From assembly GCF_009914755.1 (NCBI RefSeq), contig NC_060941.1: DNA of 64,000 nucleotides; one strand, given 5' to 3'. Below, one piece after another: positions 1-31,165 of this stretch. The notes under the pieces are model-generated. The model did no database searches and had not been told where the DNA came from. It was given only the letters and a program-made list of their open reading frames with translations. Made by a program: the position numbers and the translations under genes. The stretch is from the human T2T-CHM13v2.0 reference genome, Homo sapiens. Each line of letters starts with the position of its first letter. The stretch's first letter is position 1.

Positions 1-429
1 CCTGGGTTCAAGCGATTCTCCTGCCTCAGCCTCCTGAGTAGCTGGGACTATAGGCGTGTGCCATCACACCTGGCTAATTTTTGGATTTTTAGTAGAGACA
101 GAGTTTCACCATGTTGGCCAGGCTCGAACTCCTGACCTCAAGTGATCTGCCCGCCTTGGCCTCCCAAAATGTTGAGATTACAGGTGTGAGCCACCATGCC
201 GGCTGGTGAACCCCGTCTCTACAAAAATACAAAAATTAGCCAGGTGTGGTAGCGGGTGCCTGTAATCCCAGCTACTCGGGAGGCTGAGGCAGGAGAATTT
301 CTTGAACTAGGAAGTCAGAGGTTGCAGTGAGCCGAGATCACGCCATTGCACCCTAGCCTGGGCAACAAAGCGAGATTCCGTCTCCAAAAAAAAAAGAAAG
401 AAAATAAAAGATAAACAAGAAGAGCCAGG

Positions 430-721
430 ACATACTGAGAAGAGCAATGGGAAAAGAATGGCCGATCTGACATCAGAAACTTAGTGTGCCGCACTAGCCC
501 ACGGGCAGACTGCAGAGTAACAGAGGCCCAGAAACAGGACCCCAGTATACAGAGGACATGGACACTCATTATACAGAACGCACCTGCTCGCAGGGGGCTG
601 CCGATGGACCTGTGAGTAAATACTATCTGGACAAGCGTGTAGTCATCTGGAAAAAAGGAGAGCTGAATCCATCTCTCACACTGATATCAGGATACCTTTA
701 AACGGATCAAAGATTTAAACA
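430..721 (+). mobile_element. Old L1 ORF2 fragment
   Basis: gaggcccagaaacaggaccc...ctggacaa...catctggaaaaaa...tctcacac...ggatcaaagatttaaa resembles the C-terminal part of L1 ORF2. Confidence 0.55.
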
Positions 722-801
722 GGCCAGGCGCAGTGGCTCACACCTATAATCCTAGCACTTGGGAGGCCTAGGTGGGTGGATCACTGGAGGTCAGGAGTTC
801 A

Positions 802-1080
<279 letters not shown>

Positions 1081-1522
1081 TCACTTGGAGCCTAGGAGTT
1101 TGAGACCAGCCTGGGTAACATAGTGAGACCTCATCTCTACAAAAAATATAAAAATTAGCTGGGTGTGGTGGTGTGTTCCTGGAGTCAGCTACTTGGGAGG
1201 CTGAGGTGGGAGGATGGCTTGAGCCTGGGAAGTTGAGGTTACAAGAGCTGTAGTTGTGTCACTGCACTGCAGCCTGGATGACAGAGTGACAGCCTGTCTC
1301 AAAAAAAAAAAAAAACTGTAAAACCAAAAAACAAAAATCTATGAATTATTTTGCACTCAGTAAGAACAGAATAAGAATCATGGATAGGCACAGGGCTGAC
1401 CAGAAGCTGGCTGAACTCAAAATGATTTACCAGATGTGGGCACTAGCATAGATTAACCCATCTTGTGCTAGTTACTTAATACACCTTATCCTGTGTAATC
1501 TTATAACCCACACTCAGCCTAA

Positions 1523-2033
<511 letters not shown>

Positions 2034-2121
2034 TAGGCTGGTCTTAAACTGACCTCAAGTGATCCACCCACCTAGGCCTCCCAAAGTGCTGGGATTACAG
2101 AATTGAGCCACTGTGCCCGCA

Positions 2122-2166
2122 GGAGGATGGAGGAAGGGAGGATGGAGGAAGGGAGGATGGAGGAAG
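2122..2166 (+). repeat. 15-bp x3 purine-rich tandem repeat (GGAGGATGGAGGAAG)
   Basis: Three perfect copies read directly from the sequence. Confidence 0.9.
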
Positions 2167-2465
2167 GGGGCAGGCAGTTGGGATTTCGAGACTGCAGGGG
2201 AGCAAGAGCCCCCTGGGAGCTGATCAGGAAGGGGTTCTCAGGAGATGTGGGGTCTGTAGATCTAGTTCTTATGACAGGCTGGGGATAAGCAGAGAGCAGA
2301 GAGGAGGAGCTGAAGGTTAGTTAGAGAGGAGAGGACAGCGGCTGGGGCAGAGGTGGCCTGTGAGTAAATACTATCTGGACAAGCGTATAGCCATCTGGAA
2401 AAAAGGAGAGCTGAATCCATCTCTCACACCGATATCAGGATACCTTTAAATGGATCAAAGATTTA

Positions 2466-2836
<371 letters not shown>

Positions 2837-2896
2837 TCAGCACCTGTCACGATGTACTTAATCGTTGCAGTTGCAAAACACCCGTGTACATAATCA

Positions 2897-3368
<472 letters not shown>

Positions 3369-3806
3369 TCATGCTCTTTGTCCTACATCACACTGCTCCT
3401 GAGGGGCAGGAGCCTGGACTTTGCCCTCTTTGGACAGGCTGGGGAAAGAGGCAGGGTGGAGAGACAGGAGGAGGTTTTGTGGCAGTGGGGAGAGGGGGAC
3501 GAAGGGCCGGGACCAGGATGGTACCAGGGAGCATTTCCCTGCAGCCCTGTCCCTGGAGCCCTGTGGCGTCCCTGGTGCTGTGGACTCTTGGCTCACCTCC
3601 TGCCGCTCTGGCCTCTCTCCTGTGTGCTTCCTGCCTTCCCCTCGCCCAGCCCTCAGGGCTGTGCTTCCTTATGGGGACTGGAGTATGTGAGGCCTCACCC
3701 GTGGCCATGGTTTCAGGGCCACCTCCACACTGACAACACCTGGATCTCGATCTCCTGTCAGATCTGTCTCCTGAGCTCCAGGTGAACACACCCTGCTGCT
3801 TTCTAG

Positions 3807-11762
<7,956 letters not shown>

Positions 11763-11989
11763 GACCTCATTTCTTTTTTGTTCAGTCTTCTTTGCCTCTG
11801 TAGCCAACGTGTGTGTAAATATGCCTAGTCTCACCCTAAAAGCAGCCTATTGAGCAAACAAGTATATTTCAGTTACTCAGCATATTAAAACCGTTTCTTC
11901 ACAGGTGTTTCTGTCCTTCTTCTTGTTTAACACAGAAAACAGGAGAACCAAATAAGCCAAGCTCTTTATCTTCCCAAAGCCCTTGGTCT

Positions 11990-12140
11990 AGACCAGAGTT
12001 CCCAAAGCGTGGTCAGTGGTTTCTCTACATCAGAAACAGCGGGCGTGTCTGTGTCCTCAAAGGCAATGTCCGAGGATGTGGGGCGGGGTTTGCGATTCTG
12101 TATTGTTAACAGGCTCCCCAGGAGTTCCTGACAGCCAACT
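11990..12140. mobile_element. MER5-like DNA transposon fragment just downstream of the GRB2 poly(A) site
   Basis: ctagaccagagttcccaaagcgtggtc...catcagaa...ttctgtattgttaacaggctccccagg. Confidence 0.5.
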
Positions 12141-12314
12141 GCAGGCATCGCTCCCAGGAAGGCCTGTGAGCCCCACATGCTCCCCTAGGGGGATGTAAGC
12201 TGGGTGATCACGTCTGAAATAAGGACCCAAGATTCCTGACTCCCCGATGCGGTTTTTAAATTTTTAAGGCAGGCAAGGGGAAAAAAAGATACCAAGTGAA
12301 GAATTCATTGTGTA

Positions 12315-12320
12315 TTTATT
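12315..12320 (-). terminator. Distal polyadenylation signal AATAAA
   Basis: tttatt on + strand, with a downstream U-rich element. A second AATAAA lies at 12385-12390. Confidence 0.8.
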
Positions 12321-13672
12321 ATTCACAGTTAATCACTACCTACCAAATGCTATCCGCAGAGTTAAAGGATTAAGTACATAGGTCTTTATTTAAACACTGA
12401 TTTTTTTTTTAAATATATACACACAAAACTTAGTTCAGCAAGGCTTCATGATATACACCAATTCCAAAATAAAACAATCAAATGGTCCAGGTGTAGAATG
12501 CCAGATTCCTTTTATCATCTGCGAGGAAAAGAGAAGCAGGATGAGGAAGAGTGAGGGAAGGCGGGGACAGGCTCTGCCCAGAAGAGCTGCCGCCTCCTGG
12601 CACAGCAAACGCTCCAGGCCTGGGCCCTGTTCATATCTGGAGTCGGAGGGAGACTCCCATCGGCCGCTTTGGGACTGAAAGGCCCAAGGCTGTCACCAGC
12701 TCCCGGAAGAGAGGGAGGCAGTCTTGTTTTTGTCGTGGGAAGGGGTTTGGGTGGAGAAAAAGATTACAGGCACATCACCACAGGGGACCAGAAGTGGAGA
12801 GAAGACAGAGAGTTCTGCCGAGGCCTTGGTCTTCCTGTCTTTCCAATCTTGCCTTCCCCAACTCTCCCTGCTTCCTGGGACCATCGGTAGGGGTGGGGAG
12901 CAGCAGTCAACACAGCCCACTGGGAAGGGAGGCACAAGCAGCACTCCAGCTTCCCAGTGCTGCCCTCACACTCACCTGGACAGGTCAGGGGACACAGGAT
13001 GAAAGCCATGGCCCAATCTAAGAGCAAGACAAGTGAAAAGTGAGTACTCTCACTGTGTACCCCAGCATAGGAATAGTGAAACCTGCTACAACTGGAGGCT
13101 GCGTTCCCATGACTTCCTCCTCCGCTCTCCTTGTCTGGGACTTGCTGGTTCCAGGGGTGCATATAGGGAGGGGGCGGGGGCCACAACCCCCGAGACGGTG
13201 AGGACAGGCTTCCGACCCCCCTGTAAGCCAGATCCAGTGGGATGTGGGAGAGCTGGGCGGTCACCTTCCCTCTTGCCCCGGTGGCCCATCACACTCACAC
13301 TGCACCCTGGGCAAGCAGTTCCCTGAACCCCCAAGGGGCTCACAACCCTTAAAGCTGGAGCTTAAAGCCTCCTGGCTTAGTACAAGCAGGAGAACGCCTC
13401 ACCTTCCACTCCTGCTTTGTCTCCTTTGCTCTACCCTGGCTCCCCTGCCCGGAGGGAAAAATATTTACACAGAGTAGGAGACAAATTGGCTGAAAAGCTC
13501 TGGACTGCCTTTAACTTATTTTAAAACAAAACAAATTAAAAAAAAAAAAAAAAACACCACTCAGAAGCAACCCTTGAAATAAGGAAAAAGGCACTATGAA
13601 AAAACAACATGCTCGATAATCCCACTGGAAGGGCCAACAAAGTGGAAAGAGACAGGCTTTCAGGTGGGCTTT

Positions 13673-13974
<302 letters not shown>

Positions 13975-14246
13975 TCAGGAAGCCATGGAAGCAGAGACAT
14001 GCTTTCCTTCTACCCTACTCTACTGTGAACTTGGACAAAATACACTGGGGGTCTGGGCTGGAAGGCAGATTCCTACAAGTCCCCTCCTCTGGAGGAAGCT
14101 AAACAGCAAAGGCATCGAGCGGCCCTGCCCGCTCCTTTTTGTGTGTATATACGAAGAACACAGGAACAGCTGTTCTTCTTTCAGTCATTCCAACTAAAAC
14201 AGACATTTTGCATAGAGAGAATACCAGCCCACTTGGTTTCTTGTTT

Positions 14247-14252
14247 TTTATT
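14247..14252 (-). terminator. Proximal polyadenylation signal AATAAA (~340 nt after the stop)
   Basis: Minus strand reads CCAATAATAAAAAACAAGAAACC, followed by a U/GU-containing stretch (GGTATTCTCTCT...TGTCTGTTTT). Confidence 0.6.
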
Positions 14253-14589
14253 ATTGGCGTCAGCTAGGACTATACGTGGCCTTAAACGTCATGCACTGAT
14301 GGACAGAAGAGAAAAAAGGATGAAAAAAAAGACAAAGGAGGGGAAAGAGGAGCAGCAGTGAAAATTTGTAATAAAAACTCTTCTTAATTTATAGGTAAGT
14401 TTTGGCATTTTTAAATCCAACGCCCCCTCCCACCCCCTAAAGTTCCAACCAAAGTGAGAGGGTCACAGGGTGACCCGGCCAGGTGTTCTGCACTCCCTCA
14501 CAGGCTGCTGTCAGAGGCAGCTTGTGGGTTTAATTCTTTTGTATGTGTTTTACATTTTTCACTTTCTTTAAATAATTGCTTCTTGACTC

Positions 14590-14889
<300 letters not shown>

Positions 14890-15181
14890 TTAAACTCACC
14901 TCCCATCTCCCAACCCCCCGTTTATTCTTACCTATTCTAAGTTTACAGGCCAAGCGGGTTTAGTGTGATATTTCCCAGTGCTCAGAAAATATTAGAGTAT
15001 GTCTCCCAGAGGAGGGTGGCCAACTGTGCCGTATTATCAAGTAGAGGGCAGGCAGTGCTTGGAGGAGAAAGTTCTTCAGAAACAGCCATCTGTGTTTAGG
15101 CCGTGGGCCCAGAATCGCAAATCCCTTCTACGACACCCTTAAGGTATTAAAGCCTAAAGTTCTGGAGCTCGAATAACATAA

Positions 15182-15610
<429 letters not shown>

Positions 15611-15846
15611 TAGTCTCAAACACCTGACCTCAAGAGATCTGCCTGCCTCGGCCTCCCAAAGTGCTGGGATTATAGGTGTGAGCTACTATGCTGGGCCAGA
15701 AAAAAGAACTCTTTAGTGTGAATGGAGGGTAACATTTTCAGTAAGGAGCACAGAAGCCCCAGCGGCAATCCCTGAAGGGCGCCCGCATGTTGAGGGGCGC
15801 CTCCCCTTTCCTACAGGAATGCACACTGAGGAGCTATTCTTAACTA

Positions 15847-16158
<312 letters not shown>

Positions 16159-16432
16159 TCAGGGACTGCAGAGCAACAAGTTTCCTCACTGGGTGTCCCT
16201 GGGACGGACCTCTCCCTATGAATGATGGGCACCAGGACAACATCCAGAAACCAGAGAGGGACAGGCCATCAGTCATTCTCATTCTGAAGATGTTTGTAAG
16301 ATAAAGAGTCCAGGCCGGGTGCGGTGGCTCACACCTGTAATCCCAACACTTTGGAGGCCGTGGTGGGCAGATCACCTGAGGTCGGGAGTTCGAGACCAGC
16401 CTGGCCAACATGGAGAAATCCCATCTCTACTA

Positions 16433-16653
<221 letters not shown>

Positions 16654-17152
16654 TTAAGACAAAGGAGTGTGACTTAACATCCTTTGAATAAAAAAATAAT
16701 TAAAATCTTATATGCAGGAAGAAGGTGAGGAGGGCTGGAAATACTTTCAACAATTCTCTCGTAACTGGGAATAGTTCAAAGTAATGTTTTCCATTCAGGA
16801 ATTTTAGCTCCACTCATGGGGAAAAGGTCTCTGAACAAAAGGACGTACTGGGACAATAAAAGAGGCCCAGACTTCAAAACCCAAAAGCTTCTCCATCACT
16901 AGATCACACCCTTTTATACTGGCAAGCAAAACCGGCAACAGCGTGGCTGGCTGGTACTAGCTCACAGGGTCTGTCACAGGATATTTGGCTAAAACACCAG
17001 CCTAGCGAGGGCGCTTCTGCCTGTCCTGTTCACCTGGCCGGGCACTCTCGGCATTCTCGGCCGGATGCGGTGGCTCATGCCTGTAATCCCAGCACTTTGG
17101 GAGGCCGAGGTGGGCGGATCATAAGGTCAGGATATCGAGACCACCATGGCTA

Positions 17153-17422
<270 letters not shown>

Positions 17423-17458
17423 TCAGCTGATGGAAACCAAAGGCTTCAGAAAATCAAT

Positions 17459-17472
17459 CCGGCAGGTGGCAG
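17459..17472 (+). promoter_or_regulatory. Candidate CTCF motif CCGGCAGGTGGCAG
   Basis: Fits the CC(A/G)SYAGRKGGCRS core and lies in non-repeat intronic DNA. Motif match only. Confidence 0.35.
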
Positions 17473-17932
17473 CACTGAGCCTCAAGGAAGCCACTCAGCA
17501 CAAGATGCCTCGCATTTGGAAAAAATACTGCTTTACATGTTAAGACAAAATGTGGAAGGTGAGAAAGCTTCATTAGCAAGGGTATATTCCACGGCACTTC
17601 TGGCCCCACAGAGGCCCACTTCCACCCATGCAATGCAGGTGGTTTCTAAGAGCCCAGGGCCCCAATAATGAGCAGTGTTTCAAATCACAGGCTCAAAACA
17701 TCCTAAAACTAAGAAACATCTGACAACTGTTGATTCTTGAACCTTTTTTGCAGAGGTGTGTGTGTTGTTAAAGAGAGTCATGACACCTGCTTTGCTTCTA
17801 AAACAATAAATGCATTAAATCCTTAAAAGATTCTACTTGAGAAAATGGAAGTTTGAGAGTTTCTGCTGAGCAAACAGGCAGCGTCCAGCCGAGCACGTGG
17901 CTGCCCCCGTGGTTTTGGCCACCACCCAGTGA

Positions 17933-18211
<279 letters not shown>

Positions 18212-18669
18212 TAGTAGGGACAGTGTTTCACCATATTGGTCAGGCTGGTCTCAAACTCCTGACCTCATGATCGGCCCGCCTCAGCCTCCTAAAGGGCTGG
18301 GATTACAGGCATGAGCCACCATGCCGGGCCACAACTATAAATTTAAAATCTACGTTTCAAAAAAAAAATCTACATTTTAATCACACATTAAGTGGTTCTA
18401 AAACCAAATAAGATATTCAGTTTGTTTGTTTGTTTTGGGAGACACAGTCTTACTCTGTCACTCAGGCTGGAGTGTAGTGGCACGATCTTGGCTCATCTGC
18501 CTCTCGGGTTCAAGTGATTCTTCTCTCTCAGCCTCCTGAGTAGCTGGGATTACAGGCACACGCCACCACGCCGAGGCCATTTTTGTATTTTTTTTTTTTT
18601 TTTTTTTTTAGTAGAGACAGGGTTTTACCATGTTCGCCAGGCTGGTCTCGAACTTCTGACCTCAGGTGA

Positions 18670-18915
<246 letters not shown>

Positions 18916-20116
18916 TAGCAGAAACAGGGTTTCACCATGTTGGCCAGGCTGGTCAGTTCATTTTTGAAATGGAAAAGTCTCACGCTTTACATCAGTTATA
19001 AATGGGAAATGGTGGCTGGAAGCAGTGGCTCCAGCCTGTAATCCCAGCACTTTGGGAGGTCGAGGTGGGTGGATCACCTGAGGTCAGGAGTTCAAGACCA
19101 GCCTGGCCAATATGGCAAAACCCCATCTCTACTAAAAATACAAAAATAAGCCGGGCGTGGTGTCAGGCACCTGTAATCCCAGGTACTCGGAGGGTGGGGC
19201 AGGGAGAACTGCTTGAACCTGGGAGGTGGAGGTTGCAGTGAGCTGAGGCATGCCATTGGACTCCAGCCTGGGGGACAGAGCGAGACTCTGTCTCAAAAAT
19301 AAGTAAATAAAATAAAAGGAAAATGGTTTTCTATCCCCCATTCAAAAACAAAACAATCTTAATGTAATCTAAACTAAGTAGTGATCTGAGTGTTGAATCT
19401 AATTACTTCTTTATATATAACTGATGAAGTGATCTGCCGGACTCCTGGGGAGGGTCCTATGATAATACATTAACTAGAAAATAACTGAAAGTAAAAAACA
19501 TGGAAATAACAATTTAATTCAAAATCCCGACTTCACAGCTGAGGTGTGAATTGTTTAGAATCTTCAAGTGCTGGTTTCTATTCTCCACACTCTCCATGGC
19601 GGCAGAACTTCCTGTCTTCTCCATTCCCTGCTTACCCGCTCCCTTTCACACCTGAACTTTCCACCGGGGAAATGCAAGCCCCACATCCCCTGCAGCAGCC
19701 TTCTTAAGTGACTGTGAGGGCCTAGGATGGGGCTGGTTGATTTAAGTCAGTGGACCTGAGCAAGGCAAGCCAAGGCAGCCGACAGGCGCTCCACTATCCC
19801 ATTAGAGAGAGCTGCGGGAATCCCTTGGAGGGCAGAAGCTCAGGAGTGCTGGGCACTAGGGAAAACTGGCAGGCTCCAGCTGGCTGCAGGGAGCTGCTGC
19901 TCACCTCCTGAAGGCTGTGTCCACATGGGAATCTACATCCAGTGCTTCTAGAACTCATTTTGAGAGGAGCCAGAAATTAGGATTTTAATGTGAAATGAAG
20001 AAACTGTTTAGGCTAAGCCTCCACCATTTTGTGTGTAGCCAGGCACCTGACCAACGGCTTCACAATTTGGATCAGTCAGAGACAGGATTCCAGGCAACTG
20101 CAGCAGGAAATACTTA

Positions 20117-20425
<309 letters not shown>

Positions 20426-21289
20426 TTAGCCTACTCCATTTCCCAGAAAGCGACTCACCAAGGCACTAACCGTGGGTCACTCTTTCTATAGAGGGAGACA
20501 TTTGAAAATGGGCCCCCCAGGCCAAAGCCCACTGGACTCCCTACTGACTCATGACAAAGGCGCCTGGGGAAAAGCTCAGGCCTTTGGGCTTGGTGTACGG
20601 GATGAACTGCCAAGGAGAGACTGGCCCCTTCCTGCAGCCATGTGATAAGATCACAGCTTCACCACAGTGGGACTAAGGGAAAGTGGGGAGGAAACCTGGA
20701 CGGCCAGGAGCTGGAGGCAGGGTTACTTTTGCTAACAGCCCAAAGGCAAAAGGTTCAGATAGTATGAGGGTGCCTCTACCAGTAACTAAGGTCAGCATTC
20801 CTCTCAAGGCCTGCCTCTGGGGCCACTGCTCAGAGTTCAGCTTTCAGAAGCCACCAGGAATATTGTAATTTACCATATGCTCAGCAGCTAGCTGCAAAAT
20901 TCAGATTTTTGAGGCAAGTTGCAGACTCTTCTGCTCCCAATTGCTGATTCACCTTGGCCAGAAGAAAAAGTGGCTAAATTCATGAAAAACTGTGAAGCAA
21001 CTGGCTGTGGCTTATCAAGAGGAAGAGGAGAGGAACACTTCTACAAGAGCTTCAAGTCAAGCTGCCTCACTATTTCAAATGAAAACTATAATTAGGAAGA
21101 AGAAACTGTGAAAACCATGTTCTCTTCTCAAAATTGTCTTTAGTTATCATTTTTAAAAGCAAAAGTTATAGCAAATAAAGACCTATAAACATGGAAACTG
21201 GCATTCATTTAATATGCTAATTATAATATCAAAAGTCCTTTTAATGGACCAAATAGTCCATTAAAGTTGTAAATCTAACTTACATATCT

Positions 21290-25052
<3,763 letters not shown>

Positions 25053-25885
25053 TTAGTGTGAAAAGCACATATTTGGATCCACCCCTCAAGCATATACAAC
25101 TCACGCTGCAGCACTAATGCCAACAATCATTTTGTAGTCTAATTTGTTAACTTGAATGCTGCATTAGCTGACATGGTGCTACATTTTATGCTTCCCTCTT
25201 CCTCCATAACCCCTGCTCCCCACCCCCACAAACAAACAAACAAACAAACAAAAAAACAGGAGGTGGTAGGATGTGGAGGAGAAGGCCTGGTACTGACCCT
25301 GACCCTATACTCATGAACATCCAGCCACAGAGCAGCCCTATACAACAGCAACTACGTCTGCAAGGCCAAACACCTACATAGGCACAAGCATGGTCTTTGT
25401 TAGCAATATGGTAGACCTGAATAAATAAGGGTTTTTAAGTTGCTAGTTGCCTTTTCAGAGCTCAGAGTGGCTGAGCACTGCCCACCCTTTGGGCAGAGTC
25501 TGCAAATAACAACACAGCTGAGCCTGTGCTGGGTGCTTCTCCATCAATTCTTCTAAAGTTCTTCATAGTGGGGACAAAAGGTCAAGGCAAGGGAGTGACT
25601 GTCCCAGTCAGCCTGGCAGTAACTACAACTTTCCAAGGAAGGTAGCCTTTCCTATCTTTCCTCAACAGTCAGATTTAAATGCCTGTGTCACCCGAAACAC
25701 TGAAGAAAAATAAGAATTTCGAGCCACAGGCATGTCATATAAGAAGTGTAGTATGATGTTCTGTTGAATTCCCTTTCAATCTGAAAATATGAAAACAAAA
25801 GGGAACTGAAGTCGATGTTGTGTTTGGATCTAATGAAGGAGCCAGCAAACAATAATGGCCTTCTGCCCAAATCTGCCCACAACCT

Positions 25886-26026
25886 AAGACTGTTTTTTAA
25901 ATTTCTACTCGATTGTTAAAAGAAAATTTTTACAAGGAATATTTGACAGGATTGTATGCAGCCCACAAAGTCGAAATTACTTGCTATCTGGCTCTTCACA
26001 GAAAAAGTTTAGCCAACCCTTGACCT
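25886..26026 (+). mobile_element. MER58-like DNA transposon 3' fragment
   Basis: gcagcccacaaag...tatctggctcttcacagaaaaagtttagccaaccc resembles the MER58 terminus. Confidence 0.6.
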
Positions 26027-26918
26027 ACAGTTTCTTTTGAGGACGACTGAAGGAAACAGAAGTACACAAATTATGTGGCTTATATGGGACCTGGGGAGGA
26101 TGTGCTGTGATCCAACAGGCCCCTCCCACTCAAGATGCGACAAGCCACCTGAAAGTCTCCGCCACCAGCTGCTGTGAAAGCAAGTGGACAATGTCCAAGG
26201 GCATTCTAGTCTGAGCGTGGAAAGCCTCAGCTCCCCTGACACACTTGTAAGGCAAGCCAGCAACTGCTTCTGTGCTAGGAGCAGGGCCTGTGAATGAGGG
26301 GTGGGTGAGAACGGGAGGACAGTGGTCTGCAGGGGCTCTCAGGGGTCCACTATGTTGCGTTATTAATAAAATCGTGACAAGGGTAGCTTCTGAAAAAAAA
26401 TTAAAAATATTCACTGCTCCCAGCAGCCTGGAGGACAGCATATTTTGTTCTCTTGTAAGTAGGAACACTAAGATGGAGGGATAAACATTTATTGAGAACT
26501 ATTAGATGCCAAGCACCGTACTCTGGGGATACAAAGATATTAAGATACCGTCCCACAGCATTAGCACATATAAACACAAAATCATCTAAGTACCTTTTCT
26601 AAAACTCAAAAAAAATGCAGAATTATAAAACACATCTGGCTCTAAGACATATTTAACAGAAAAAGAATTACGGACCTGCACCAACTATCGTTTTATTTTT
26701 GAAGATCACTGACAGTTATTATCAATCTAAAACATATAATATTATTGACTATGATATATTATTATATACTATTAACATGCACAATCAATATCCTTTGTTA
26801 ATTCCCTAGAAACGTGAATAAAAAGTATGACATCCATCCCAGTGATCTCAATTTTAAAAAGAGTGTTTGAAACAAGGAGGTGGGTCCAACCCTTCCAAGA
26901 CTAATGGAGCTCAACTTA

Positions 26919-27065
<147 letters not shown>

Positions 27066-27227
27066 TTAAAAAGATAGTTACAAGACAATTATGCTATCTT
27101 TTAGGTCTGTGAACGGTTTCACTCGAAGTATTATCAGTTATACGGATATAAGACTCCTTTTAACTTCAAACAACCAGCATTATGTTAAACTCTGTTAAAA
27201 TGAAACAGAAATTATCTCTGAAAATGA

Positions 27228-27674
<447 letters not shown>

Positions 27675-28249
27675 TAAGGGAGCCTGACGAAGACAAAGTC
27701 TACTTTCTGGGAGAGAGAGGTGTCACAGCAGAACTAAGCAGCAACAGAACCTTTTATTAGACTCCTCTAGAGATCTTCCAACCGACCTCCAGAATCTACA
27801 GTGATACAGTCCTGGATCCCCTCATGGCTTCTCTGGGTTACCGCAAGTACGGGTCACCCACCAAACAGCTCCAGAACACTGCTGCTTGTGAGGACAACCA
27901 TATGCCCTCGTATGGGAAAACTATTTTCAGGAAAAAGCATGGCAAATCCTACTCAGTTCAATAACCCAAATGCCACATTGTATTAAAGTTAGATAGTGCT
28001 GAAAGCATATCAACCAGCAGAATTCAGGCAGATGCCTTGGAAATCCTGGAACTGAACCACTGCATTCTACAGATGTAAAAAAACAAGATCAATGGTCAAC
28101 CCAGGTTACGAGGTAGTGACCCCACAGAGCTAACATCATGCCCAGACTTTCATATTTCCAATGACCGTTCTCTCCAATGCTGCCTCTTGAATTGCATGTA
28201 CCAGGCCATGCATAGGCTAGGCCATGACGCTGTAATGTGTAGAGTAATA

Positions 28250-29380
<1,131 letters not shown>

Positions 29381-30958
29381 TATACGGAGCAGAACAGAAT
29401 CAGGTACAGCGTGAAAGCCACCCTATGAATTCTAGACTTACAACAAAAGGCAAAGGGCAGAAGGCATAAAGTTGGTAAAAGATAAAACAAAAATGTGAAT
29501 ACAACCCCAAAATGGTGGGCCCAGGAAAATGTTGGCTAGTACAGTGGTAATCTACACTGCATAACAAAGTTCTGAGAGGAAACTGGTAACATTCTTTACA
29601 AAATGATTTATTCAAGATGTTGAACAATGCTGTACTCGTAGCCAATCAGAAGCTGGATTGCTCTAAAGTGAGTGCTGTCTGTGTACTGCCATTCAAAGTG
29701 AGATGCAATAGAAAGGGTAGATAAGAATGACAGATGATCGACAACTAGCCAGGCTGCATTAATGACTACGCTTTCTTAACAGAGGGTATGCCCTGCAGAG
29801 CTTTGCAATGCTGGTGCTTATCTGCTATGCTTACCACACTCTGACTGCAGGTGCCAGACACTGGGTTTCAATGCTTAGGATAAGGTGATAAATCCTGAAA
29901 GAGCTAATAAATATGTGTAGCAAACTCTCAAAAAAAATTAGCTAGTGGTAAATCCCAGTGTATTCAAAGTTTCCAAGAGTCACATAAATATTGATAGAGT
30001 ATTGATGAAAACTTTCTTCTAGTCATCATTTTGTTTCTCGTAAAAAAATCACATCAAAGACTGGAATGAGATAAAACAATATATGCAAGGTACACTCATA
30101 ATTTTTAAGTCTTCATTTTAAAAACACTGCATTGTGCTGCAGCCAGCAATGGTGCTGTATTGATAGACAATTATAAAGCACACACCAAGGACAAGTTTGA
30201 GGAGGGAAAGTGCGCTTGAACCCTGCCGGGCCACCACCACCTGCCCCTGTACTGGCAGCACAGAAAACTCTGAATAGCCTTTGAGAAAAGGAGCTACTTT
30301 AAAAGTTATTTAAGGCCAGGATTCTGTTATCTACCAAAAATAAGGTCTAGAAGGAAAATGTGGTCTAATAATGACCTTATAAAGCATCATCCTATAGTAA
30401 TAATAAAAACCCCACAGGCTTATAAACAATATTTATTATTTTATTTCAGAGACAGAGTCTACGTTGCTCAGGCTGGAGTAGCTGGGACTACAGGTGCGTG
30501 CACCCATACCAGCTATGAAGAGTTTTTGAAAATGTCTTAACTCCTGAAATGGTGAGGTGTGTCTACTTTTACTGTATACACTTGTTCTTGGAAGACAGAG
30601 AGTCAGACTGACAAAGAGCTGCTTGTAACCTATTTGTGCATCAAAACAGAACAAAGTAATCATTAGAAAGGGACACTTTTGATTTGTGACCAATAACTTT
30701 GCAGAAAAAGATAACTCTATTTACCTGCCAGGAGTTCATAGAGCTACACTCTCTTCTTGTCACCTTTACCAAGACAGAGGCAAATCCCTCTAAAAAGTGT
30801 CCCCTCCCCCAACAAACACAACTCCAGGGCAACTCCTAGATTTGACATCAACTTAGAACTATGGCTGTCTACAGAACAAAAATTATTACTTGGTGTTTAG
30901 TATGTTTTTCTCCCCCAGAAAGAAGGAAAATATGGAATTAATGCTTTTAAAAATGTAA

Positions 30959-31165
<207 letters not shown>

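Noticed and set aside
12551-13477. Overlapping 77-166 aa ORFs on both strands
   Set aside because: They lie in the GC-rich GRB2 3' UTR, have no recognisable homology, and many start at non-ATG codons, so they are chance frames.
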